NCBI GenBank assembly: GCA_034226945.1
Contig: CP120464.1
Coordinates: forward strand, 248,001 to 312,000
Direction: 5' to 3'
Length of the DNA stretch: 64,000 nt
Origin: Picochlorum sp. SENEW3
Lineage: Eukaryota
Position numbers and translations under genes: made by a program. Below, piece by piece: positions 12,289-24,005 of the stretch (its first letter is position 1; every line of letters starts with the position of its first letter). The notes under the pieces were generated by a model. The model ran no database searches and was not told the DNA's origin. It worked only from the letters and a program-made list of their open reading frames with translations.

Positions 12289-14166
12289 TCACTCTTCAGA
12301 GTCCTCCCAGTGAATTGAATCTGTGCTCTGGTTTGCTTGCAATCTTAAATCCTCATCCTTCTTGATGGCAGCACCCAAGCATCGGACAGCATATATCCAT
12401 GTCCCTATGACACCCGTGAATGCAGTGGCAATCAAGGGGAGTGATGCTGACAGGGATCCAGTGAGCAACAACAGCACCTGGGTCATCCATGCGCCACCGC
12501 TCTTCCCGATCTGACTCCCAATGAGGTCAACGGCAGCCTTACCTTTACTCTTCTCTTCTTTGGACATTTCAATATACACCATTTCTTTTGCCGGATCAAA
12601 TAATGAAAATTTAGACGATCTTGCAAAGACCTGTGTGACAGCCCCAGCTGCCACCCCAACATACGCCAAGGTCAGCGCATCTAGACCAAAGAGCTGAACT
12701 CCCGCTCCTGATGCGAGCAGTAAGAAGAAAAAGACTCCTCCGCTCGCCAACATGGCAACTGGCGTGGCAGAAGCTGCAGCAACCCATCCCAAATACTGGA
12801 ACACAAACTTTCCCAGGATCATAAACGTGATGGTAGCCCATCCCGTCGCAATAGCAACATCAGCTAAAACAGTTTGATATGCTTGTGCGGTAGGATATAA
12901 TGCGCGCAATGATGCCTTCCACGAAAATTCAAACAGCCTATGACTGATACCATAAGACATGACAAGAACTGCTAGATTGGATATCTTTGGTGACTGGCGA
13001 ATAATGCTAAAACTTTCTGCCAGGCTACCTTTCTTCTTTTGACGCGGCTTTGATGCTGTTGCTGGATCCAAGCTGCAGTACGGACCAATCACAAATTTAT
13101 CCAATACAGCCTTTGCCAGTGCCATGAATGATGTCATACTCACTATTCCTCCAACAAGCCAGCACAAAGACACATATGTGCTTCCCGCAGCAATCTGTGT
13201 ATTAACAAGTTTGACGAAATTCCCAGACAAGACGAGAGCGACATTTGCTGCGATCCCCATCAATGGATACACAGACTTTGCTTCACTTACTGTACACACC
13301 TCATTGGCCAGGGACCAGAACAGGACACTGATCACAACAGATCCCCACAATTCTGCTGCGCAATAAAATAGTGAAAATGTCCAATACTGACCAACCTTGA
13401 CAAGCCCCATGAGCCCCTGAGGAATATATGCTGAGGCAGCATCCACCAACCACATGGGATGCAATGCCATATGGTTAGGATACAGCACCGTGGTAAAAAA
13501 GATATAAAATACAATCAAGGGCAATATTGCGACATAGAAAATCATTCTTGAGGGAAGCCGCTCGATCATTTTGCCATACATGACAAAAAAGCCCAGGGAA
13601 ATTGGCAGCACAACAAAACTCGCCAAGAATGGCAATGTCTCAGCACCTGCCGTTGTCACCATGATACTGTCCTTCAAACTCTGCAAGATTGCTAGATTAA
13701 ACGACGCCCCGAAGAAAATGGCGCCCAACGGGATCACTTTCATCCACACAGACAGTGGAGGTGCTGTGGCATGGGCCTCATCCAGTGTGTCTGTAGGAAC
13801 CTTTGGAAACGACATCCTCTTCCACCATCGCTTCCGACCCCTCTTCTCAAGATAATGTGCATCTTCCTTGCTCAGAGTTGACGCAATCTCCAGCGGAAGT
13901 TGAAAAATCTTTGACACAAAGGACGTCTTCTGCTTGTCCTCTCGTGCCTCACTCCCCACTGTCTGATGATCATCATCATTATTCTTCACATGGGCATGAA
14001 AACTCCTTTTTCGACATTTATGCAGTATTATTGAATCATTCCAATACAAAGAAGAACCCCGATGGCGAAAACAGGACGTATCACGGACAACAACGAGACC
14101 TCCCTTTCTCGTGGCCCCACCACCTCTTGCAGTGGATAAAACCCCACCGCTGCCGCAATATCGCAT
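12289..14166 (-). CDS. NTT: Plastidic ATP/ADP transporter (NTT/TLC family)
   Basis: AELWGSVVISVLFWSLANE, KFSLFDPAKEMVYI and KGKAAVDLIGSQIGKSGG; ~12 TM segments; transit-peptide-like N-terminus. Confidence 0.93.
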   Translation of the reverse strand: MRYCGSGGVLSTARGGGATRKGGLVVVRDTSCFRHRGSSLYWNDSIILHKCRKRSFHAHVKNNDDDHQTVGSEAREDKQKTSFVSKIFQLPLEIASTLSKEDAHYLEKRGRKRWWKRMSFPKVPTDTLDEAHATAPPLSVWMKVIPLGAIFFGASFNLAILQSLKDSIMVTTAGAETLPFLASFVVLPISLGFFVMYGKMIERLPSRMIFYVAILPLIVFYIFFTTVLYPNHMALHPMWLVDAASAYIPQGLMGLVKVGQYWTFSLFYCAAELWGSVVISVLFWSLANEVCTVSEAKSVYPLMGIAANVALVLSGNFVKLVNTQIAAGSTYVSLCWLVGGIVSMTSFMALAKAVLDKFVIGPYCSLDPATASKPRQKKKGSLAESFSIIRQSPKISNLAVLVMSYGISHRLFEFSWKASLRALYPTAQAYQTVLADVAIATGWATITFMILGKFVFQYLGWVAAASATPVAMLASGGVFFFLLLASGAGVQLFGLDALTLAYVGVAAGAVTQVFARSSKFSLFDPAKEMVYIEMSKEEKSKGKAAVDLIGSQIGKSGGAWMTQVLLLLTGSLSASLPLIATAFTGVIGTWIYAVRCLGAAIKKDEDLRLQANQSTDSIHWEDSEE

Positions 14167-14396
14167 CACAGATGTACTATAATTAATTTCTGGCAATCAG
14201 TTGGCAGATTGCGATGGCATTATGATACCGTATCGGGTAAGATTTCGATCCGTCCTTTCGATAGTCTGTATTTAAAACATTAGATAGGCAATTTAATCCA
14301 TCGGCCATAGAGGCATGCGCCCGGTACAAAGCCCATTTTCAAACACGTTTGAATACATCAAGTAAGCGAGAGCGCAGAGGGACACGGTGCTGGAGA

Positions 14397-15380
14397 ATGC
14401 TTCTACAGCAGCGTCATTCTGGGGGAATGTGTGGTAGCAGAACGTCTTTCTCAGGCCATGTGAACCATGGTGGCCACATTCGCTCCAATAAACATTCTAG
14501 TGCTATTTTAGTTAGAAATAAAACCATCTTGGGAGCGACAGGCCTTGTCCATGGCTCCAAGAAGTACATTGTTGGTGTACAGGGCACGAGTTCTTCGAGA
14601 GGGCAACGTTCAGTTTGGAGAATATCCGCCCAGAATCCTGAGGATGGCGATCCATCTTCATCCTCCAAGGGTGCTCAAGAGAATCTTCCAATATTTCCTC
14701 TTGGAATAGTAGCTCTGCCCGCATCTCAATGCCCTCTTCATATCTTTGAAGCTCGGTACAGGGTGCTCTTCTCAACACTGTTGGATGGAGATGAGGGTGT
14801 GGATGCAGGGTTGGTATCACCGGATAAACCATGGAGGGGAACAAGGAGATTTGGTATGGCATACTACGATCAACAGGCGGGTGGTTTGGCCTCCATTGGT
14901 ACGGTGTTGGAGATTGAGGCTCACAGCACAATGGAGGATGGAAGAATGCTGATTGAGAATGTTGGAAAGCAGCGATTCAAGATTGTAGATGTGGTGGAAG
15001 AAAAGCCTGTTCTCGTGTGCCGAGTAGAGTATTTGGATGACGAGGAAGATATCGGGGAGGATGTGACTGCATTGGGGAGAGAAGTTGCCGATTTGTTCAA
15101 AGATGTTGTGAAATTGAGCACCAAAATCAAAGATGCTGATGTAGATGAGGATGTTTTAGAACCTAAAGAGTTACAGACGCTGGGACCAAAGGATTTGTCC
15201 TTCTGGGTGGCGTCGTTGTTCGCCGGGAGCCCGTATAATCAACAAGCATTGTTGGAGGAAAATTCAACACAAAAGCGCTTGGAGATTGAAAAAGAGCTGC
15301 TTGAGAATACGTTAAAGTATCTGTCTGCGCAGTCGGCATTACAGTCAGCATTCACTGACACGAATGAATCTGATTCATAA
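14397..15380 (+). CDS. LON substrate-binding (LON N-terminal) domain protein, probably plastid-targeted
   Basis: LPIFPL...PLHIFEARYRVLF, DGRMLI..G.QRFKI and LSFWVAS...QQALLE; Ser/Arg-rich presequence. Confidence 0.88.
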   Translation: MLLQQRHSGGMCGSRTSFSGHVNHGGHIRSNKHSSAILVRNKTILGATGLVHGSKKYIVGVQGTSSSRGQRSVWRISAQNPEDGDPSSSSKGAQENLPIFPLGIVALPASQCPLHIFEARYRVLFSTLLDGDEGVDAGLVSPDKPWRGTRRFGMAYYDQQAGGLASIGTVLEIEAHSTMEDGRMLIENVGKQRFKIVDVVEEKPVLVCRVEYLDDEEDIGEDVTALGREVADLFKDVVKLSTKIKDADVDEDVLEPKELQTLGPKDLSFWVASLFAGSPYNQQALLEENSTQKRLEIEKELLENTLKYLSAQSALQSAFTDTNESDS

Positions 15381-15410
15381 CAACAACAATAATAATACAA
15401 TGTAATAAGA

Positions 15411-16366
15411 TTATCCTTCCATGGAGTGGTCACCAACCTGGTCCACCTCCTGTTGCTCTGCCACTGAGGCAGGCTTAATTCGAGACAATGGACCTTCCCT
15501 CTTCGCTCTATACAACACTGTCGTGATATATTTTGATTTATATCTATGAGTCATTCCAACTACGATTGCCGACTTTGTCTGATTCACTCGCTGCAAATAC
15601 ATGTGATTGAGAACAACATGCTGAGGCCGAGGAAGACTGGTAGTCCCATCTGTCGATGGAGGAACATTCAACAAGGATAACTGCAGCTGAGGAGGAATCA
15701 CCGGAGGCTCCTTCATAAAATCTTCCGAGCTGGGGACAGGATTCGAGTAACTAGAAACTGGAGAAGGAGGAGGCTCAAAATTTGCCAAACCATCCAAATT
15801 CTCTGCCACATATTCTTGTACTTCCAACACATTATTAATATTACCTTGATCATCATACATGCACGTCGAATTTGGATCATGCCTCCATTGTCCATCTACA
15901 ATAAATTTATATTGATACACTCCTGGAGGAAGCAATTTTACTAGACTAAAATCACGACCAGACTTTTGCATCACATGGCGCATGGTCCAATTGTCAAAAG
16001 ACCCCTCCAACTCGACATGATTGCCCCCATGAGACCATACAAAAACAGTAGGTACTGTCTTTAATTCTGAGTCCCAACCCAGATACTCTGATCCATAATT
16101 AAACGCAGAATCATGCATGGGTTCCATGGGCAACTGGGGGCTGTACATGATGGGTGAACCAGGCACATTTGGAGACCCCGAAGCACTGTACCCTCCAGAC
16201 GAAGGACCCCTCGCAGCATCATCCGCAGATCCATCTGCTGGTTTACCGTGCGCTTGACCCTGTAGAGGCAGTCGCGGGATTGAGAATGTAAACAAAAAAA
16301 AACAAGAAAAAAACAGTGTCGGTAGTCCACGCCACCGAGGAGAATTCTGGAGAGCCAACATACCAT
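15411..16366 (-). CDS. SnRK1/AMPK beta subunit, 2 coding exons (first is ATG only)
   Basis: CBM48 (VFVWSHGG..VELEGSFDNW, YQYKFIVDGQW) and ASC domain (LPRPQHVVLNH, THRYKSKYITTVLY). ATG|gtatgt intron 16260-16363 gives an MGQAHGK N-terminus. Confidence 0.93.
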
Positions 16367-16707
16367 CGCTACAATCCTATATCCATACTTCCATAGGAAA
16401 TTCAGAATAATAATTGAGTGAAAACCTGATGGGAGTGTGAACGACGTGGGTATTTTCTAAATGTTCTAATCTGGGTAGTCCATCAATGTCGTAACACTCG
16501 CATCCGGTCGGATGGATGCGTTAATGGGTCCCTCTACACATAGCACCAAACCTCTCATTGGAGATCCATTATACCCGGCGTCCGGCCCGTGAACCACTCG
16601 TAATACATAATATAATCCTTCGGTGTTGTCGTAGTGGTCAATAGCCGCACAGTAGCCCATCAAAGTGCGAGTAGAGGCTCTTGGTTGGTCCATCACGCGA
16701 AAACATC

Positions 16708-17568
16708 ATGTCTGCGCAACAAGAGGCAGCGAAAGCGGTGGCGAAACTGCTCAATAATGTGGCAAAATATTCTGTAGTTTTGGGTATTGGAGGATCTGTG
16801 CTTCAGAGCTCTTTATATACTGTGGATGGTGGAGAGCGTGCCATCATGTATGATAGAATTCAGGGAGTTTTGGAGAAACCCGTCGGAGAGGGGACTCATT
16901 TCCGTGTTCCATGGTTCCAGACACCAAATATTATGGATATTCGCATGAGACCACGAACAATTAGCTCTGTGACTGGAACAAAGGATTTGCAAATGGTGAA
17001 TATTTCCCTCAGGGTTCTGTCCAAGCCTGATACAAGTTGCTTGGCGAGAATTTACAGGAATTTGGGGACTGATTTTGATGAGCGTGTTCTTCCTTCTATT
17101 GGAAATGAAGTGTTGAAGGCTGTTGTGGCTCAATATCAGGCCGAGCAGTTGTTGACACAGAGAGCACAGGTGTCTGCAGCTGTGAGGAGCGAGTTGACAA
17201 AGAGGGCTGCCGAGTTCAACATTTTGATTGATGATGTTGCTATCACGCATCTTTCTTTTGGTACTGAATTTACAAAGGCTGTAGAGGCAAAGCAGGTTGC
17301 GCAGCAGGAGGCGGAGAGGATGAGATTTGTGGTGATGAAGAGTGATCAGGAACGAAAGGCTGCAGTTGTGAGAGCAGAGGGTGAATCTGAGGCAGCAAAG
17401 TTGATTTCTGAGGCAACAAAGACTGCTGGATCGGGCCTGATTGAGCTGAGACGAATCGAGGCTGCCAAGGACATTGCATCCCAAATGTCAAAGTCCAGAA
17501 ATATTGTCTACTTGCCAGGTGGAAGTAGCGGTTCAAACATGCTTTTGGGTATCAACACGAACAATTAA
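16708..17568 (+). CDS. PHB: Prohibitin
   Basis: [36 protein letters not shown] and [10 protein letters not shown]. Confidence 0.96.
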   Translation: MSAQQEAAKAVAKLLNNVAKYSVVLGIGGSVLQSSLYTVDGGERAIMYDRIQGVLEKPVGEGTHFRVPWFQTPNIMDIRMRPRTISSVTGTKDLQMVNISLRVLSKPDTSCLARIYRNLGTDFDERVLPSIGNEVLKAVVAQYQAEQLLTQRAQVSAAVRSELTKRAAEFNILIDDVAITHLSFGTEFTKAVEAKQVAQQEAERMRFVVMKSDQERKAAVVRAEGESEAAKLISEATKTAGSGLIELRRIEAAKDIASQMSKSRNIVYLPGGSSGSNMLLGINTNN

Positions 17569-17573
17569 TTATA

Positions 17574-19147
17574 TTAACACGTTCCAAAGTATCGATCTCC
17601 GAATTCTCCCACGCCAGGGGAGACCCTAAAGTCCACATCAATACACTCGTCAATTTCCGAGGTGATCACCTTGAGCGATGGGAATTCTTTGCACACCGTG
17701 TGGATACCTTCTGGGGCAGCAATGAGGGTCAAAAACAGTATCTTAGATTCCGCTACCCCTTTATCAAGAAGTACTTGAATTGCCCTGGATGCACTACCCC
17801 CAGTCCCCAGGATTGGATCCATCAACAGAACATACCGCTCTGCTATATCATCAGGCAGCCGTTCATACACAATCACCTTTTCTTTGTCCACCAGACGATC
17901 TCCAGCGCGATGAACAAGAATCTTTCCAAGCTTGATTCCTTTACAGCATGCTCGTAAAGCATTTTCCATACTCTCTCCGCTACGTATCACACTCACCCCA
18001 CATAACCTCTTTGCAAAATCAACGCCGACATACTCATTATCAGTTGGTGTGATGACACTCTTTTCTGTGAATGGAAGATGACCGAGTCCATGCTCTACAA
18101 CGAGACGCAACAGCCGGTCAGCATAAAACACGAAATCCTCTGTTCGAGTTGTTCTATCACGAATAATAGTATGCATGCCTCGAATCTGAAAATTTGAAGG
18201 TATCACCTCCAGGTTTGGATAAATTCGAAGCAAATCTGGCTGCTGCAACTTACTACGAATATGCTGTGTGATCAAATCAATCGCAACCACATTATCTCCT
18301 CGCTGCCAAGGAATAATAATGTCGGCATGCCTCCTAGATGGCGCCACAAACATGTCAAATGCTGGCTTGACAAACTTTGTATACTGATCAATCACCCCGG
18401 CAACATCCCTTCCCCTCACAGCAACATCCCTCTGTATTCTTCGCGCAAGCCTCACATCATCATCTGTATCTACAAATATCTTCATATTGCACTCTTGCCG
18501 CACATCCTCCATATGCAGCACAAGGATGCCTTCAATGATGACCACATCAGCTGGCATGACATGCTGCGTCTTTTCACTCCTTGCATGGGTTTTAAAATCA
18601 TATACAGGAACATCCACCGCTTTTCTTGCCTTGAGCGTCTGAATACATGCCATGAGTGCTTCGTGGTCAAATGCATCCGGATGATCAAAATTGTAATCTG
18701 CAGGCATCCAGAGAAAGACGCATGGATCGCGATTCAACATGTATATAGCACCCAAATGGATATATGAGGCGCACCTGACACGTTGTCCTTCTCCTCCTGA
18801 GTCAAACCTCTATAAAAAGAGTCTTGTGACAGCATCACAACACATTGATCTGCAAATGCAAATACATACACATTCATCGATGGATGAAATCCTAGATCGC
18901 CATCCAAACAAACACAAATGCACATACCATGCAATCGCTGCATTATATAATCACACACAGTCGTCTTCCCAGAAGCTGTTCCCCCAGCTACCCCAATGAC
19001 AAACACTGACTTTCTGTGTGCCGATTGAGACCGACGAAATGACGGTGAGGTTCCATTGGATGCATTCATTGTATTATTTAAACTCAGTGATCTCTCCATT
19101 TTAAGTTGTTGGAGTGACGTTGTCACTGACTCTGACACATCCTCCAT
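17574..19147 (-). CDS. Uridine kinase / uracil phosphoribosyltransferase fusion (UKL), multi-exon
   Basis: [27 protein letters not shown] and IEGIL; UPRT part [29 protein letters not shown]. Two short introns lie between 18700 and 18930. Confidence 0.93.
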
Positions 19148-19434
19148 TCTTCTGTGGATAAAAGTACTCTGCTCTGCTTCTCCGTACCTATCTATGGTGG
19201 TAGTACACTGTTCATTTAATGTTTATATTAATAAAGTATACATGGTGACGGAGTGGTCAAGCACAGAGTGTCAGATTGAAATCTAGCATACTTTTTAAGG
19301 AATTTGCTATCTGCTGGCTGCATGGCCTTGTCTATAGACAGGTCTGTACAAGCTTGTTACAGTGTTGTTGTCCAATATGCATAAAATCGCTACAGAATAC
19401 ATGGCGCTACAAAATTTGAAAAAAATACTTCACG

Positions 19435-20629
19435 CTACTCTGGGAAAAAAATTCTCTAGGACAAGACAACGCTCGTGTCATGAGGGAAAAAAAGGCTCTA
19501 CTGGTGGTGATATATATATAATATCTAGAGGAAGAATACCTCCCTCGAAAACAGGCACAAATATGATGTAGCATAAAATCTGTTGCACTGCAAGCTGTAT
19601 CATCTGCGCATGAGTATAAAGATGTATGGCTCAACATACTTCTGCATCTCTCAAAAGCAGTGTGGCCAGACTCGGATCTCTGTCAAATTCCTTCTCCTCT
19701 CTCTCACGCCTGCGTTCTGGTAACTCATTCACTAACAATTCAGGTATCTCATCGAGACTCTGTGTGGAATTATCCCAATCTTTCAGGCTACGGACACCCA
19801 TTGCTTGAAGACGTGCCTTCCTCCGTTCTGCTTTCCATCTCTTGACAAATGTCGAATTCCAGGCAGCGTCGTCACCAGGTTGCATATCAACGCCGTCCTT
19901 TCCTATGGCAGGCTCATCATCATCATCTTCCTCCTCACTCAATGGATTACTCTCATCCTTGTATAAATAATCTGTCGCGACGCTCGCATCAAACACGAGT
20001 TTCCCATCCGCATGGCTCCCATGGCTCTTCCTCTGCACCACATCTTCGGCACTATCAACAACATGCTGAAACGATTCTTCCGTCGGCGTCTGCATTTTAT
20101 TCTCCACTGAAGAATCGTCTTTATAATGAGAAGAAGAATTCTTCCTACACACAAGACCATCCCCATCGACAATATACTCCCGGCTCCCCCCAAGAGGCCC
20201 CTGGGTGGAACATGTCCCATTCACACCATTTTGACTCGATAACGACTCATTCCCTTCCCCAATCCTCACAGGGCGAGAAGATCTATTCCAATCTTTATCA
20301 AAAGAGGATGCAGAGTCCCTCTTTGAAGGATACCTATCTAGAGCAACAGACGAAGAATTTGTCCCACGAATTTGAGCAACACTCCCCTCTGCTCCCTCCA
20401 CTGTATACGAGTACGGCACCCCAGAGTAATCCACGATTCGACCACGATCATCATCCTCATCGTCCTCTCCATCCTTATCAATAGGACCTGTATAATGCAG
20501 AGGCCCCGAACGTGCCCGACCAGACCATGACCTATCGAAATTGTCAATCAGCTCCTCAGACGTGTGCGTCGTCTTTCCGAAGATCTGATCGAATTTCTTC
20601 CCAATAGACTTGAAAAAACTCGGCGCCAT
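19435..20629 (-). CDS. Hypothetical protein, largely low-complexity; probable extra short 3' exons
   Basis: Long ORF 19631-20629 ends on a gtatgt donor. Splicing can add CNRFYATSYLCLFSRE and RIFFPE* (stop ~19435). Family not recognised and the 3' structure is tentative. Confidence 0.55.
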
Positions 20630-21132
20630 GCCTACCAATGGATCAATGAATCAAACATGCAAAGCCGCAGGGTCCGTGAACGACTACTACCAATGAATGC
20701 TCCTTTTTCTCGGGTTTCTTCGCCACCAATTTTTTATAGGTATAAATAATGAAATTCTGTGTCAACCGGAACCAATGCAATCCAATGTATCAGAGAATAC
20801 GTTCGGTGCCGACTCCGTGCACGTATCGTTCCGTCGACAACAAGAGACGAGGATTATAACCTGATATTATCAAATTCTAATCAGAATATCAATTAAAGAT
20901 ATTGTAACTGTACGGCATGCGAAGAATGTCGCTGCTTTTGGCATGCATCTAACGCATGGACATGCGCTTGCGCTGCGCATGCAGTCGGCCGAAAGATTCC
21001 CTTCTTTTCCCAAGGAGTCTCAGGATCCCAGGCTGGATGGGAAGTACTTCTTCTTACAGACAGATAGGACATTGAAACATCAAAATGCAAACACAACCTT
21101 CCAAGGAGGGCCAACGTCTGTCTACCCTTGCC

Positions 21133-21586
21133 TTATGGAATATGTCTTTCATTTGGTCTAGATGAATCAAGCAATTCTCTTTCCTCATTTTCTGCCTCTA
21201 TTTGCTTCAATGTATCCTGCATGTAGAATGCGAATGGTGTCTGTTTGTCTTGCATATCCTTGGGGAGTGCAGAATGCTTGACTGAGAGATCCATGGCTCT
21301 CTTCAGTCGCTGGTTGCGTGCATCAACAACATCCTGTGGAAGGCGATCGAGAGCCTCTTCGACATCCAAATCATTCTCTGGATCATACAAGTCTTCAAGG
21401 CGTAACCCATACTTTTTGAGCTCTTTACCAACGGCAGCCTGGTATGCTGGGGCAAACCGAGCAATGAGTGGGTCAAACAATTTACCCAGGCTCTGCGCAA
21501 TAACGTGGTAGCACATGTAAGATGCATCTCCATCTACAAAGATATACTATGTATATATATATGATACGTACTGTTTTCGTTGCCAT
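21133..21586 (-). CDS. QCR7: Cytochrome b-c1 complex subunit 7, 2 exons
   Basis: LKKYGLRLEDL, EALDRLP...ARNQRLKRAMDLS.KH; first exon MATKT followed by a gtacgt intron. Confidence 0.92.
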
Positions 21587-22115
21587 GGTGCCTCTGCTAC
21601 AATCACCTGCTGCTCGTCTTTCAACACAGAGCAAGAAGAGACGACAAAATCTGGTTTCACAAGTCTCTGCATCCACACAATACTCGGGTCAGCCATCCAT
21701 CATTGAAATCATGATATTTATGGAACAATCAGGGTCGTGTGTCGGAGAACTTTGAAGACTGTAATAAAGAGCTGCATCATTCTGTTCTGTACAAGAACAG
21801 GTATGAGGGCCTTGCCCCCAGTCAGCCAATTCAGCGTATCGTCATGCACTAATGATGCAGCGAATTCATTCACTGCGCAGATTGTCTGAGGGAGGCGCAC
21901 GAACATCAACCATCGACAGACGGATGGGGTTCTTGTTCTGACTCGATAGGATAGGGTGCACCGCGTACCTTGACTATTTTTTTTTATAAATCGTAAGTGC
22001 ACGTGTATGTTGTGCGATAGATAAAATCTTGTGATTGGTGGGAGGAGTAGCGGCAACGAGGATGATCCGGGTTTCCTTATTTACGATTAAAGCAAAAAAA
22101 ATATGAATACTGCTG

Positions 22116-23333
22116 TCAATCACTTAATGATGAAATGCGTTTGAATATGAGGGAGAAATCACATGTGCGATCCACCCACACGGTTGGAGCATTATCAACG
22201 TCGCCCCATGGCCGAATGGTGATGAATTCTGGAGCATGGTCTGCAAGGCTCTGTACACAATGGGCAATATCATCTAATGCTGTGAGCTCTGCTCCTCCAC
22301 TTCTAATTCTGCGGCAAATGTCATCCAACTTTATTGCTTTTGGTCCTCGACGGCCAAAGATTGATCGTATTCTGTGAAACATGTCTGGGAGTGATTTGAG
22401 GGCAGCCTTTTCCGAGCGAGTTGCTCGTGCCTCTGACCCACTGAGTCGGCGATGTTCACGCTCGTTCTCGTCCAACTTTTTCAACGATGCCATCGAAATT
22501 ATACCATCTAATGATCGCCGACGGAGTTCGTGTGGCATATCGTCGAGCACCGTGTCTATACCAGAAGATGACACTGGTTGACTTGCATCCAGCCTCTGCT
22601 GCTGTTGAGAGACTGCAGACTGTGAGAAGGACAGTCGCCGAGCACGACGCACCCGCATGGTTGTTTTTCTTGGTGATTGTAATATCGATGCAGCAGGTAT
22701 ATTCGTGGTTTTATCAGATCCGGTGGATCCAGGGGACGATATCCACTGAATGGCATCTTCTATTGGCTCTGGACTGGGAACAAGATGCGTCTTCTCCACG
22801 CAGCTTGGATTCCACTCTGGAACATCCTTGGCCATATGCCCCGTCCCGGTACCCTGAGATGACGATGCATACTCGTGTAACGCAGAATCCAAAAGTCGCT
22901 TTGCCTCAACCATCGACACATGCCCCAGCTTGACAACAGTGGTTCTCTCATTGCGTGTCTTGCCCGTCAAGAGGGGAACTGTCTCCAATTCAATCAACTC
23001 TGGCACAAGATTCTTCAACTGATACAACATCTTTTCATCAAAGCGCCTCTTACTCGCATTTTCTACACCCTCCTTCATAGCAACATATGTTGTCTGCTTG
23101 TTCCGCTTCTTCATCATACCATACACTGCCAAAATACCTGTAAAAATATCCTTGAGAACGACAAGAGAATCAGGGAGCGCAATCTTCGGCTCTGTTTGCT
23201 CATCTTTCCCATACACGCGGGCCGCCCTCTTCTTCTTCTTCTTTGCCCCCTCTGTCACACCAGACGCAGACACAGAAGGAGCCTTCTTCCTCACCCCCAC
23301 AGCCTGAACCAAAGCCTTCCCCCTCGTCCTCAT
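22116..23333 (-). CDS. CDT1: DNA replication licensing factor CDT1-like
   Basis: N-terminal winged-helix pattern (IFTGILAV...VENASKRRFDEKMLYQLKNLVPE) and C-terminal one (LPDMFHRIRSIF...LADHAPEFIT). Confidence 0.78.
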   Translation of the reverse strand: MRTRGKALVQAVGVRKKAPSVSASGVTEGAKKKKKRAARVYGKDEQTEPKIALPDSLVVLKDIFTGILAVYGMMKKRNKQTTYVAMKEGVENASKRRFDEKMLYQLKNLVPELIELETVPLLTGKTRNERTTVVKLGHVSMVEAKRLLDSALHEYASSSQGTGTGHMAKDVPEWNPSCVEKTHLVPSPEPIEDAIQWISSPGSTGSDKTTNIPAASILQSPRKTTMRVRRARRLSFSQSAVSQQQQRLDASQPVSSSGIDTVLDDMPHELRRRSLDGIISMASLKKLDENEREHRRLSGSEARATRSEKAALKSLPDMFHRIRSIFGRRGPKAIKLDDICRRIRSGGAELTALDDIAHCVQSLADHAPEFITIRPWGDVDNAPTVWVDRTCDFSLIFKRISSLSD

Positions 23334-24005
23334 CCCTCACCTCGATCTATTTGCTTCCTTCGATTCTAGGCTGAATACGCCAAAAGTACAATCTGCACAT
23401 CATAGTATCCAACACCATATAGTCTCACACTGTCGATTTTGAATTCGATCCCGACGAGCGTTCAACCCAATCGCCATTCATTTTCATACATATTATACAC
23501 AAATAAAGCCCATAGACACCACAGATATCACGTACATGACAATCAGCCACAGCACAGAATTTGAAATTTGAAATGCCACCCGTTGCTTTTAGGCACACTT
23601 TTCTGAGCGGCAACTCCCTTTACTAGGTATGATACTATAGTAATTGCATAAAAATACTACCGGGGGAGCAGGTTGTGTACAAGATCTTGGTCATCCAGGG
23701 ATTGTCCTCAGGGTCTCCAATCCACCGGGGTCAGCCCTCGATTCGATACGTCTTTAAAGGCTTAATTACAGAGTACTCGTGTCGGCGACTGTTCTCTCTC
23801 TCTCAATAGATCTTCTACATCTATCAGAGTATGTGAATCTGAAATTTCATAGTTTAATAATATTCAATTTGGGTCATGTGGTTATATACAGTGGACAAAG
23901 ACTGCATTCGTTACTTTGCCAATGATGATACATTGACCGGCATTGTTGTATTTTAAACGATACGCGTACATAGATTACGTATTCGGATTTCATATTTCAA
24001 TATCC

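Noticed and set aside
12289..14166. Chlamydia-like nucleotide transporter as a novel horizontal transfer
   Set aside because: Plastid NTTs are an established ancestral feature of Archaeplastida.
20893..21130. Small ORFs and several short hairpins downstream of QCR7
   Set aside because: Stems are only 5-7 bp and the ORFs are unrecognisable; not distinguishable from chance by eye.
23735..23755. TTCGA T-loop suggesting a tRNA
   Set aside because: No cloverleaf; acceptor, D and anticodon arms are missing.
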